Shown here: in pieces, positions 29,888-38,593 of the stretch
Position numbering within the stretch: the stretch's first letter is position 1
Layout: every line of letters starts with the position of its first letter
Origin: an uncultured Parachlamydiaceae bacterium
Lineage (GTDB): Bacteria; Chlamydiota; Chlamydiia; Chlamydiales; Parachlamydiaceae
DNA: 64,000 bases
Assembly: GCA_963742415.1 (NCBI GenBank)
Contig: CAVULX010000003.1
Coordinates: forward strand, 32,001-96,000
Direction: 5' to 3'
Translations under genes and position numbers: made by a program
The notes under the pieces: model-generated
The model's input: only the letters and a program-made list of their open reading frames with translations
Databases searched by the model: none
What the model was told of the DNA's origin: nothing

Positions 29888-30676
29888 ATGTCTGTAAATC
29901 CAACCAATTTTAATTCAATAAATTATGATACTAGATACACTCATGCAAGATTTGAAAGTCAACAAGAACCAAGTTTAAGTTTTCAGGGTGGCGGCATACC
30001 TAATGAATCCGTATGTGAATTGGAATTGAATAACAACCTTTCAAATGAAAACGAAGATATTAAAAATTTATTTAACACAACTGATTTAGAAGAACTGGCT
30101 AAAGAAATTGATCGGTTTAATCCATATAATTTTGAATGTGAGACTGATATATCTTTAAATTTAAACTTTTTTCAATCCAAAGAATTAGGTTCTTTTGACG
30201 AAACTTCTACCGATTCCCGACAAGTCCCAGAACAAAATCCCTCCATCGACGATACAGATCGTCCCAGAGCGTCAAAAAAACGTAAAAGAGAACCTTCAAT
30301 TCAAGGCGAAAGTGATACTCCAAATTCAAAATCAAAATTGCAAGAATATATTCTTGAACGTAAAGGTATTCTTGCAAAAGGCCAGCTTTTGACAGATGAT
30401 TCCATGCTTGTAAAAAAAGGTTCTACGGCTTGCATGGAGACGGTACCATCAATAGCTAGAGGATATTTAAAACTCCGCAAAGAACTTTTGAATAAAAAAA
30501 TTCTAGTTCCCGATAGTGGAAATAAAAAATATATATTTACAAATGATTATACCTTCGGGAACTGGACAATAGCTGCCTCGGTGATCTCTGGGGTATGTGT
30601 AAGTGGAAGTAAATTTTGGAAAAATTCGTCGATCCAAAGCATTAAGGCCATCAAATTAAAGAGAAAAAATAGCTAG
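29888..30676 (+). CDS. Array member C2
   Basis: KKRKREP; YIFTNDYTFGNWTIAASVISGVCVSGSKFWKN. Confidence 0.75.
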   Translation: MSVNPTNFNSINYDTRYTHARFESQQEPSLSFQGGGIPNESVCELELNNNLSNENEDIKNLFNTTDLEELAKEIDRFNPYNFECETDISLNLNFFQSKELGSFDETSTDSRQVPEQNPSIDDTDRPRASKKRKREPSIQGESDTPNSKSKLQEYILERKGILAKGQLLTDDSMLVKKGSTACMETVPSIARGYLKLRKELLNKKILVPDSGNKKYIFTNDYTFGNWTIAASVISGVCVSGSKFWKNSSIQSIKAIKLKRKNS

Positions 30677-30765
30677 ACATTACTCGGCTATAAGATTAAA
30701 TGATTCTAAGTAGTGGGGCATTTTATAAAATTAGATTGACTAATACCAATAATTTAAGGAGATAT

Positions 30766-31545
30766 ATGTCTTTTGATTCAATCTATTGTAATTCAACAAA
30801 TTATTATAATTATAGTAACAATTATTCAGGACTTGGGAGTCAACATGAATCGGAATCGAATAACAACCTTTCAAATGAAAACGAAGCTATTGAAGAATTA
30901 TTTGAGACAAATTATTCAGAAGAACTGATTAAAAAAATTGATAGCTTTAATCCATTTAAAGTTGAATGTGAGACTGATATATCTTTAAATTTAAACTTTT
31001 TTGAATTCAAAGATTTAGGTTCTTTTGACGAAACTTCTACCGATTCCCGACAAGTCCCAGAGCAAAATCTCTCCATCGACGACACAGATCGTCCCAGAGC
31101 GCCAAAAAAACGTAAAAGAGAACCTTCAATTCAAGGCGAAAGTGATACTCCAAATTCAAAATCAAAACCGAAAGAATATACTCTTGATTCTAAAGGTATT
31201 CTTGCAAAAGGCCAGCATTTGGAAGGTAATCTCATGCGTGTAAAAAAAGGTTCTACGGCGTGTAAGGAGATGGCAAAATCAATTAGTGAAAATTATTCCA
31301 CACTCCGCAATCAACTTTTGGACAATAAAATTCTAGTTCTCGATAGTCTAAAAGAAAAATATGAATTTACAAGCGCTTATACCTTCCAGTCCCCCACACA
31401 AGCTGCCTCGGTGATCCGTGGAGCAAATACAAATGGGAGAACTTCTTGGAAGAATACTACCTCGAAACAAAATCTTAATGATGTCGCATGGAATAAAAAA
31501 AGAGCTAGATTTTTCGAGACTATGGAGTTGAATGATTCTAAGTAG
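30766..31545 (+). CDS. Array member C3
   Basis: AAGGAG RBS before ATG 30766; KKRKREP; YEFTSAYTFQSPTQAASVIRGANTNGRTSWKN. Confidence 0.75.
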   Translation: MSFDSIYCNSTNYYNYSNNYSGLGSQHESESNNNLSNENEAIEELFETNYSEELIKKIDSFNPFKVECETDISLNLNFFEFKDLGSFDETSTDSRQVPEQNLSIDDTDRPRAPKKRKREPSIQGESDTPNSKSKPKEYTLDSKGILAKGQHLEGNLMRVKKGSTACKEMAKSISENYSTLRNQLLDNKILVLDSLKEKYEFTSAYTFQSPTQAASVIRGANTNGRTSWKNTTSKQNLNDVAWNKKRARFFETMELNDSK

Positions 31546-31580
31546 TTGATACTGATTTAACATCTATATCTACAAAAAAT

Positions 31581-31915
31581 GAATTTTATGCCGTCCTTAC
31601 AGGACTCTGTTTTTTTTTGCATTTTACCCAGGCCTTCGCTTCGCTACGACCTGGGCTGTGATATTCCGCGCCTTCGGTGCTGAAAACGGCCTGAAAGGCC
31701 GAAATGTTATAGCCCAGGTCGTAGCGAAGCGAAGGCCTGGGTAAAATGCAAAAAAAACAGAGTCCTGTAAGGACGGCATATTTTTTTATAGAGGGAAGTT
31801 TCAGGAAAAAATTTGCAAGCTTTTGGGGCTAAAAGCCATATTATTTGCAAATTTATTTAGACCAAAAATGCATGCATACCTTATTATCAATGGGAAATTA
31901 CTACGAATTCAGCAC
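31581..31915. repeat. Composite REP-like palindromic element, copy 2 (inverted relative to 3796-4206, without the internal duplication)
   Basis: Hairpin TATGCCGTCCTTACAGGACTCTG...CAGAGTCCTGTAAGGACGGCATA plus AT-rich arm ending GAATTCAGCAC. Confidence 0.9.
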
Positions 31916-31935
31916 TGATTGTACCTGAATAACTT

Positions 31936-32919
31936 CTAAATTGTTAATACAGCAGACCCTTCTAGCGAGCCATTTCTAATAGCTTCAAGAGCTTGATTCG
32001 CTTTTTCAAGAGGATAGGGAGTTGCAGTTATTTGCAAATGCACCTGTTTCACAACTTTCATAAAATCGATCCCATCTTGCCGTGTCAAATTGGCAACGGA
32101 GGACATAGATCTCTCTTCCCATAATAAAGCATAGGGAAAAGAGGGAATATCGCTCATGTGGATTCCAGCACTGATGACTTTCCCCCCTTTTTTTATGACT
32201 TTAAGAGCTTGAGGATATAAGGCTCCTACCGGGGCAAAAATTAAAGCGGCATCTAAGGCAGCGGGAGGAAGCTGGTCAGACCCGCCAGCCCATTTAGCGC
32301 CAAGAGATCGAGCAAACGCTTGGGTTTTTTCATCTTTAGGGCGTGTGAAAACATAAACCTCCCGCCCAAGTGCGTTTGCTATTTGGATTAAAATGTGGGC
32401 TGATGAACCGAATCCATAGAATCCGATCCTCTTATTTGGTTCTGCCAATCGGAAAGCCCGATATCCAATAAGGCCAGCGCATAGCAGCGGAGCACAATGC
32501 AGATCATCATATTCGTGAGGTAGCTTTAAAATGAAATCTTCATGAGCTGCACAATACTCGGCGTATCCCCCATTAAGCAAATAACCTGTGTATAGGGCCT
32601 TGTCGCAAAGATTTTCCCTACCGGAAGCACAAAACTCGCAAGTATGGCAACAGCTGCCTAACCAGGGAACACCAACCCTGTCTCCAATTTGATGTTTTGA
32701 AACTTTTTGCCCTATCTGATCGATAATCCCCACCACTTGATGACCTAAGATCAAAGGCAGCTTGGGATTTGGAAGTTCCCCATCGACGATGTGCAAGTCT
32801 GTGCGGCAGACTCCGCAAGCAGCGACTTTGATGAGCACTTCGTCTGGTTTTGGTGTTGGACGTGGAACATCCTTTAAAATTAAAGGATCCCCTATCTTTT
32901 CCAGTACCATCGCACGCAT
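31936..32919 (-). CDS. Zinc-dependent alcohol dehydrogenase family protein
   Basis: CGVCRTDLH, LGHQVVG, CCHTCEFC..GRENLC, APLLCAGLIGY, GFYGFG. Confidence 0.92.
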   Translation of the reverse strand: MRAMVLEKIGDPLILKDVPRPTPKPDEVLIKVAACGVCRTDLHIVDGELPNPKLPLILGHQVVGIIDQIGQKVSKHQIGDRVGVPWLGSCCHTCEFCASGRENLCDKALYTGYLLNGGYAEYCAAHEDFILKLPHEYDDLHCAPLLCAGLIGYRAFRLAEPNKRIGFYGFGSSAHILIQIANALGREVYVFTRPKDEKTQAFARSLGAKWAGGSDQLPPAALDAALIFAPVGALYPQALKVIKKGGKVISAGIHMSDIPSFPYALLWEERSMSSVANLTRQDGIDFMKVVKQVHLQITATPYPLEKANQALEAIRNGSLEGSAVLTI

Positions 32920-33193
32920 GCGCCGCTCTTGATTAAAGGATATTTACATACACTCTGTCATATTTATTTTAAATGGACAATTCCCATTTTAGTGCTGTCA
33001 GTAAAAATACAAATGCGTATTTGCGGATTGATTTTGTCGCATAAAAATAGATCTGGAAACAATCATTTTGTCGATTTGCAGATTTTTTTTTGATTATATA
33101 AAACTATCTGCAAACCGACATTTTGTTTATTTGCAGATTGACTTTATATATAGAAAAAATGTATTCTATGCTCAAAGTATAGGAGAATTAAAA

Positions 33194-34627
33194 ATGAAAC
33201 CAGCCCAATTTATTGGCCGCGAAGCTGAAATGAGAAGGCTGAAAGGGCTTTTAAATAAAAAAAGTGCAAGCCTTATCGTGGTACGAGGCAGAAGGCGAAT
33301 TGGTAAAAGCAGGCTTTTGGCTGAATTTGGAAAGGAAATGAAAAGTTTTTTCTTTTCTGGAAATCCTCCAGTGCGCAAAACAACAGCTCAATCTCAACGC
33401 GATGTCTTTGCTCATCAGCTTGAAAGAGCGGGTATTCCTGGTGTTAAGCCAGATGATTGGGGCAATCTCTTTTGGCATCTCTCTAAGCATACTCAAAAAG
33501 GACGAATTCTTATTGTATTTGATGAAATTTCATGGATGGGAGGAAAAGATCCTCATTTCTTAGGACAGTTGAAAACTGCTTGGGATATGTATTTTAGCAA
33601 AAATCCACATTTAATTATTGCGCTTTGTGGTTCAATTTCTTCATGGATTGAAAAAAATATTCTAAGTAGCACAGGATTTCTTGGAAGAATTACGATTGAT
33701 CTTGTTCTTGAAGAGCTTCCCTTACATGTCCTGTAATGCTTTCTGGCATCCAAAAGAAAAACGTATTACAGCTTATGAAAAATTCAAACTTTTATCTGTA
33801 ACAGGAGGAGTTCCTCTCTATCTTGAACAAATTAGACCAAATCTTCCTGCAGAGCAAAATATTCAAGATCTTTGTTTTACTAAAGGTGGATTGCTTGTTC
33901 GAGAATTTGATGAGATATTTTCAGATCTTTTTTCTCGTAGTAAAGGGAGTCATAAAGAAATTGTTACTTGTCTTGCGAATGGTCCAAAAGAACTTGCTCA
34001 AATTTGTAAGGAATTGGAAAAAGCCAAGGGGGAATATTCAGCAAGTATTTGGATGAATTGGTAAAGGCAGGTTTTGTAAAAAGAGATTTTACATGGGATC
34101 TAAAAAATGGAAAAGAAGGAAAATTAAGTCGTTATCGTTTAAGTGATAATTATTTGCGCTTTTATTTAAAATATATTGCTCCAAATCGTGCCAAAATTGA
34201 AAAGGGGAATTTTCCGACTTCAATGCTTAACCATCTTCCTGGTTGGGAAGGTATTATGGGATTGCAATTTGAAAATCTTGTTGTTCATAACTTTAAAAGT
34301 CTCTGGAAGATGTTGAATATTTCTCCAGAAGAAGTAGTAATGGATGGACCATTTTTTCAAAACTCAACAACCAGACAACCTGGATGTCAAATCGATTATA
34401 TGATCCAAACACGTTTTCATAACCTATATTTATGCGAAATTAAATTTTCAAAAGCTCCTGTTGGGAAAAAAATAATCGAAGAAATGGAAGAAAAAAGAAA
34501 ACGTTTAAAAGTTCCTAGGCATTTTTCTATTAGACCTGTTCTAATTCATGTAAATGGTGTCGAAGACAGTGTTTTAGATGAGGGATACTTCGATAAGATA
34601 ATCGATTTTGGTCAACTTTTAGAGTAA
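33194..34627 (+). CDS. Archaeal-type AAA/ATPase_2 protein with DUF234-like PD-(D/E)xK tail; two apparent frameshifts (~33730, ~34020)
   Basis: FIGREAE, Walker A GRRRIGKS, Walker B IVFDEISW, GGVPLYL, QIDYMIQ..LCEIKF; three ORFs join into one. Confidence 0.85.
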
Positions 34628-34700
34628 AAGGCAGTGTCTTTGATTGCCCGAAAGTCCATTGTACTTGAAAACTTTGTACTTAAAATTGGAAAATTTGGCC

Positions 34701-35867
34701 TTAAAAGTTTTGGTTGAGAATTGGGGGAAGAACTTGGAGCAATTCATCCACGCGGCTATCCCAAGTATGGAACTTGCGCACTTTCTCTTTGGCGCGCTCT
34801 GCCATCCTTTTTCGCTCATCTTCATGAGATAAATAATATTCTACTGATTCGTTGACACGACTCCATTGTCCAGGCTTATAGAATACCATATCTTCCCCTT
34901 CGTTGAAATGTTCCCTAGCCCATATTGTGTCTGTCGTGATCATCATGCAGCCGCATGCGGGCCCCATAAAAAGCCTCTCATGAGTGCCGTTTTTAAAAAA
35001 GGGCATACTATTCAAGCAAATTTTACTCCGCCTCATGACCTCGATCCCCTCCTCAATGGGGATTGCCGGATGAACAATGACATTAGAGTTATCGGGAAAA
35101 TAGGAGGACCACCCTTTGACCGCGATGGGGGGGCGGAAGCATGCGCCGCCAAAAATATGAACGGTGGCATTTTTGATTGAACGGATGAGTTCGAGCCGGT
35201 CTGTCCCTTTGATATAGCTTCCGATATAATAAAGGAGTGAAGCGTAGTCGAGATCGGCAGGGTTTGCCTGCAATTCACTCATAGCCCTCTGCAGGGCTTC
35301 CCATTCAGTCGCTTTGGGATTTTCCCAAAATATTGAAAGGGCCAGCTCGATTGTTTTTCGTTGAAGATCGGAATATTTATTCCAAAACTTTTCTAACCCT
35401 TGCGGATCATAGCATGTGCCCAAATAGACAACATCATAGAGCTTCTGTTCTTCAGGAAGCTGTGTCAACTCAACTTCTACGCCATGGCCGAAAAAAAAAA
35501 CTTTCTTGAAGAGCATTTTTTTCAGTTCTTCACACTGCAAGTGATCCACGCAAGATATGAGGAGATTAGGGCGTTGCAAATAAGGAAAAAGGGGAGCGGG
35601 GGGATCTGTCAGGATGCTCCAAAAAGGGATTTTAAACTGTTTCCAAAGCCTCTCTATTTTTGTAAACTGAAAGGGCCAATAGAAAGAGCATAATAAATCT
35701 GGAAGCTGATTTTTTTGTGCTGAAGCAATAGCTACAGGATCTTCTTTTAGAGCATCTAAGAAACGGGTTTTGATCCCTTTTCGATTGAGGGCCTCACTAA
35801 ATTTTTTTGAAAAATGCCTTTTGGTGTCATAAAGATTATTGCCAAGCAAAATCCAAATGTTATCCAT
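34701..35867 (-). CDS. Glycosyltransferase (CgeB/Glyco_trans_1_2-like), paralogue 3
   Basis: YDVVYLG, SKICLNSMPFFKNGTHERLF...ACG, HTWDSR. Confidence 0.8.
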   Translation of the reverse strand: MDNIWILLGNNLYDTKRHFSKKFSEALNRKGIKTRFLDALKEDPVAIASAQKNQLPDLLCSFYWPFQFTKIERLWKQFKIPFWSILTDPPAPLFPYLQRPNLLISCVDHLQCEELKKMLFKKVFFFGHGVEVELTQLPEEQKLYDVVYLGTCYDPQGLEKFWNKYSDLQRKTIELALSIFWENPKATEWEALQRAMSELQANPADLDYASLLYYIGSYIKGTDRLELIRSIKNATVHIFGGACFRPPIAVKGWSSYFPDNSNVIVHPAIPIEEGIEVMRRSKICLNSMPFFKNGTHERLFMGPACGCMMITTDTIWAREHFNEGEDMVFYKPGQWSRVNESVEYYLSHEDERKRMAERAKEKVRKFHTWDSRVDELLQVLPPILNQNF

Positions 35868-37056
35868 TATTTTCGGCCTGTTGTTTCATTTGCTGAATAA
35901 ATGCGGGGATCTCCTCTAAAAGCTGTTCTGCCCGTTGATCCCAAGTATGGTGGAGGAGGACCTTTTCGTATCCACTGCGAACCAACTGCTGCCGCTCCGC
36001 TTCATGAGCCAAAAAATAATTGATTTTATCATTTACTTCATTCCATTTAAGGGTCTCGTAAAGCAGGAGTTCTTTCCCATTGATAAAATTTTCACGGACC
36101 CACAGATTGTCTGTGGTGATAGGAAGAGCGCCGCAGGCTAGGCTAAAGAAAATCCTTTCATGGGTACCATTCTTAAAAAAAGGCATGCTATTCAAGCAAA
36201 TCTTGCTTTGCTTGCAGATCTCCAGAATTTCCCAGTACGGGACTGCAGGATGCACGGTGACGTTGGGGCAATCGAATAAGGCTTGAGCCCATCCACTGAT
36301 GGGGTGTTCATCGCGCCAGCAAGTCCCTCCAAAAACATGGACGGAGGCATCTTTGATTGATCTGATTAACTCCAAACGATCGACTCCCCTCATGTAATTA
36401 TCGACATTCATATAAATTCTGATTTTTTCTTGCTCTGTAAAAGGGATTTTATACTGCAGCAATATATCATCGACAACTTTCCAAAAAGGGATGTCTCTTT
36501 GAGAAAGAGCGATTCTGGCTGCTTCTTCGAAGAGAACGAGCAGCTGAGGGATATATTTGCCTTGCCAAGCTTTTCTAAGGCCTTGAGGATCGTATGAGCT
36601 CCCGAAGAATACAACATCGTAGGGTCGTGGTTGATCTGGAGAGGCGAATAGTTCTTTTTCGATAGCATGTGGAAAGAAGAAGACATTTTTTCCCCCTTTT
36701 TGCTGCAAATAGTAGCAATCGAAACGATCGACGCATGAAATTAGAGAATAGGATGGTTTGACGAGATTGGCATCATAGCAAGCAGGATCAACCAAGATGG
36801 AGAGGTAGGGAATTTTTCTTTTTTCCCAAAAAAATGTTCCATCCTCATTGGGAACGACACGATTGAAAGAGCAGCACAAATCGGGAGGTTTTGTATACTC
36901 TTTGCTTTTGGAATTTGGGAGCAATCCCTCTTTCCTGAAGTCGATAACTCTCGTTTTAACTCCATGTCGCTTTAAGGCATCAGCCAGCTTTAAGCTAAAA
37001 TGTTTTTTTGATTCGTAGAGATTATAGTTATAGATAATCCAAACTTCGTTGAGCAT
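35860..37056 (-). CDS. Glycosyltransferase (CgeB/Glyco_trans_1_2-like), paralogue 2
   Basis: YDVVFFG, SKICLNSMPFFKNGTHERIF...ACG, HTWDQR. Confidence 0.8.
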   Translation of the reverse strand: MLNEVWIIYNYNLYESKKHFSLKLADALKRHGVKTRVIDFRKEGLLPNSKSKEYTKPPDLCCSFNRVVPNEDGTFFWEKRKIPYLSILVDPACYDANLVKPSYSLISCVDRFDCYYLQQKGGKNVFFFPHAIEKELFASPDQPRPYDVVFFGSSYDPQGLRKAWQGKYIPQLLVLFEEAARIALSQRDIPFWKVVDDILLQYKIPFTEQEKIRIYMNVDNYMRGVDRLELIRSIKDASVHVFGGTCWRDEHPISGWAQALFDCPNVTVHPAVPYWEILEICKQSKICLNSMPFFKNGTHERIFFSLACGALPITTDNLWVRENFINGKELLLYETLKWNEVNDKINYFLAHEAERQQLVRSGYEKVLLHHTWDQRAEQLLEEIPAFIQQMKQQAENNG

Positions 37057-37069
37057 CTGGCATCCGATT

Positions 37070-38245
37070 TTATGTAGGAAGTCTGTTAAGGATATCTGGC
37101 ATTTCTTCCAACATTTCATCGACCCGATTATTCCAGGTGTGATTTTCCATCACCAAAGCACGTCCCCGTTTAGCGATATCGACCCGTCTGGATTCATCAT
37201 GTAATAAAGCATTAACTTTTTCATTTATAAGCCCTCTTTGATTCATACTGTAGTAGATGACATGTTTTTCCTCTTCGAAGAACTCTCTAAAATAATTATT
37301 ATCTGTCGTCGCAGGGACAGCTCCGCACGCGAGACCTGTGAACACCCTTTCGTGTGTGCCGTTCTTAAAGAAAGGCATGCTATTTAAGCAGATTTTGCTT
37401 TGTTTCAATATTTTGAGCGATTCAGCAAAAGGGACTGAAGGGTGAAGTAAGACGTTTTTTTGAGAACCAAGATAGTGCTTCCAACTGAGAACGCCTACAG
37501 CCATATCGGTTGATAGCTCCCCAAAAACATGAATGGGAGCTTCTGTGATAGAATTGATTAACGCCACCCGATCCTTGCCCCGAGTATAGTTGTCGAGGTA
37601 ATAAAAAAGGGCTGCAAAATCTACTGCAGTTGGATCAAGCTTGGAGGCATTCCAGGCATTTAAAAGAGCATCCACAAGAGAAGTAGAATTATCGGAAAAG
37701 ACGATTTCAATAGCATCGTCTAGAGCTTTGTTGATCTCTGCAGGATATTGTTGCTGCCATGAGGCGCGCAAGCTCTCATAGTCATAGCAAGTGCCTAGAA
37801 AAACCACATCATAAATCCTTTTTTCATTTCCCGGATTGAGCTCCGGCTCCACGGCATGGGGGCAAAAAAAGGCATTTTTAAATTGATAGGAATGGAGCTG
37901 GATTAAATCAGAACGGTCTACACAGGAAAGGATTGTATAGGGACTGCGGGTGAGGTGGACAGAATAAAGGACGGGGTCTACTAAAATTGACCAATGGGGA
38001 ACCTCTAGAAAATCGCAAAGGAACTTTGTTTCTGAAATAGGGAGAAGGGCGTTGAAGGAACAAGTTAAATCGGGGTTAAAATGTCGGATGGTGTTCATCG
38101 TGTCGGAAGCGATTGAAGCTTCATTGACATCGATAACCAGTGTTTCGATCCCTTTTCGTTTCAAGGCATCTGCAAGTTTGCTGGTAAAATAACGTTTGGA
38201 TTCATAAAGATTGTAATTGACGATCAAGCATATTCTATTCAGCAT
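37070..38245 (-). CDS. Glycosyltransferase (CgeB/Glyco_trans_1_2-like), paralogue 1
   Basis: YDVVFLG, SKICLNSMPFFKNGTHERVF...ACG, HTWNNR. Confidence 0.8.
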   Translation of the reverse strand: MLNRICLIVNYNLYESKRYFTSKLADALKRKGIETLVIDVNEASIASDTMNTIRHFNPDLTCSFNALLPISETKFLCDFLEVPHWSILVDPVLYSVHLTRSPYTILSCVDRSDLIQLHSYQFKNAFFCPHAVEPELNPGNEKRIYDVVFLGTCYDYESLRASWQQQYPAEINKALDDAIEIVFSDNSTSLVDALLNAWNASKLDPTAVDFAALFYYLDNYTRGKDRVALINSITEAPIHVFGELSTDMAVGVLSWKHYLGSQKNVLLHPSVPFAESLKILKQSKICLNSMPFFKNGTHERVFTGLACGAVPATTDNNYFREFFEEEKHVIYYSMNQRGLINEKVNALLHDESRRVDIAKRGRALVMENHTWNNRVDEMLEEMPDILNRLPT

Positions 38246-38374
38246 AAGCCCCCTATTAGGTTGCTTCACTTGAAAAGCATGAATACCCTCTTATTGGCTA
38301 TCCTAGCTTTAATTTTATAATTTTCGACTTTATCTTTAAAATTAAAATTTTAGTATATGGAAGAATTATTATTT

Positions 38375-38593
38375 ATAATGTATACCCAAACGACTTGAAA
38401 AATCGGAATTTAGGCTTAAGCGAAAGCCTAAAACTGATTTTTCAAGTCGTTTGGGTATAAGTTGAAAATTTCTGCGTAATCAAGTTTAAAAACCTCTGTG
38501 TCCTCTATGATCTCTGTGGTTGAATTTTAACAAACCACGGAGATCACAGAGAACACAGAGAGACAATAAATTTAATTTTTTGCAACTTACGTT
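38375..38593. mobile_element. MITE-like element, left copy (TIR GTAAGTTG...CAACTTAC, internal CTCTGTG/CACAGAG 9-bp units)
   Basis: Inverted copy of 39788-39923; supplies the TAA stop codon of the adjacent gene. Confidence 0.7.
38381..38459. mobile_element. Short MITE with TA target-site duplication, nested in the end of another element
   Basis: TA-[TACCCAAACGACTTGAAAAATC...GATTTTTCAAGTCGTTTGGGTA]-TA; the empty site ATAATGTAAGTTG is seen in the sister copy at 39911-39923 (reverse complement). Confidence 0.85.

Noticed and set aside
21809-30765. Upstream starts in the ORF track for A2, A3, A4 and C3 (…KYLRRS-M / NLRRY-M extensions)
   Set aside because: The LRR codons are the AAGGAG Shine-Dalgarno sequence; real starts are the ATGs at 21860, 24186, 27020 and 30766
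20462-31545. Diversity-generating retroelement or integron cassette array as the source of variation
   Set aside because: No reverse transcriptase, template repeat, integrase or attC-like sites seen; the pattern fits tandem duplication and recombination
33068-33193. TTG-started extension of the AAA ATPase
   Set aside because: It covers the promoter/repeat region; AGGAG RBS precedes ATG 33194
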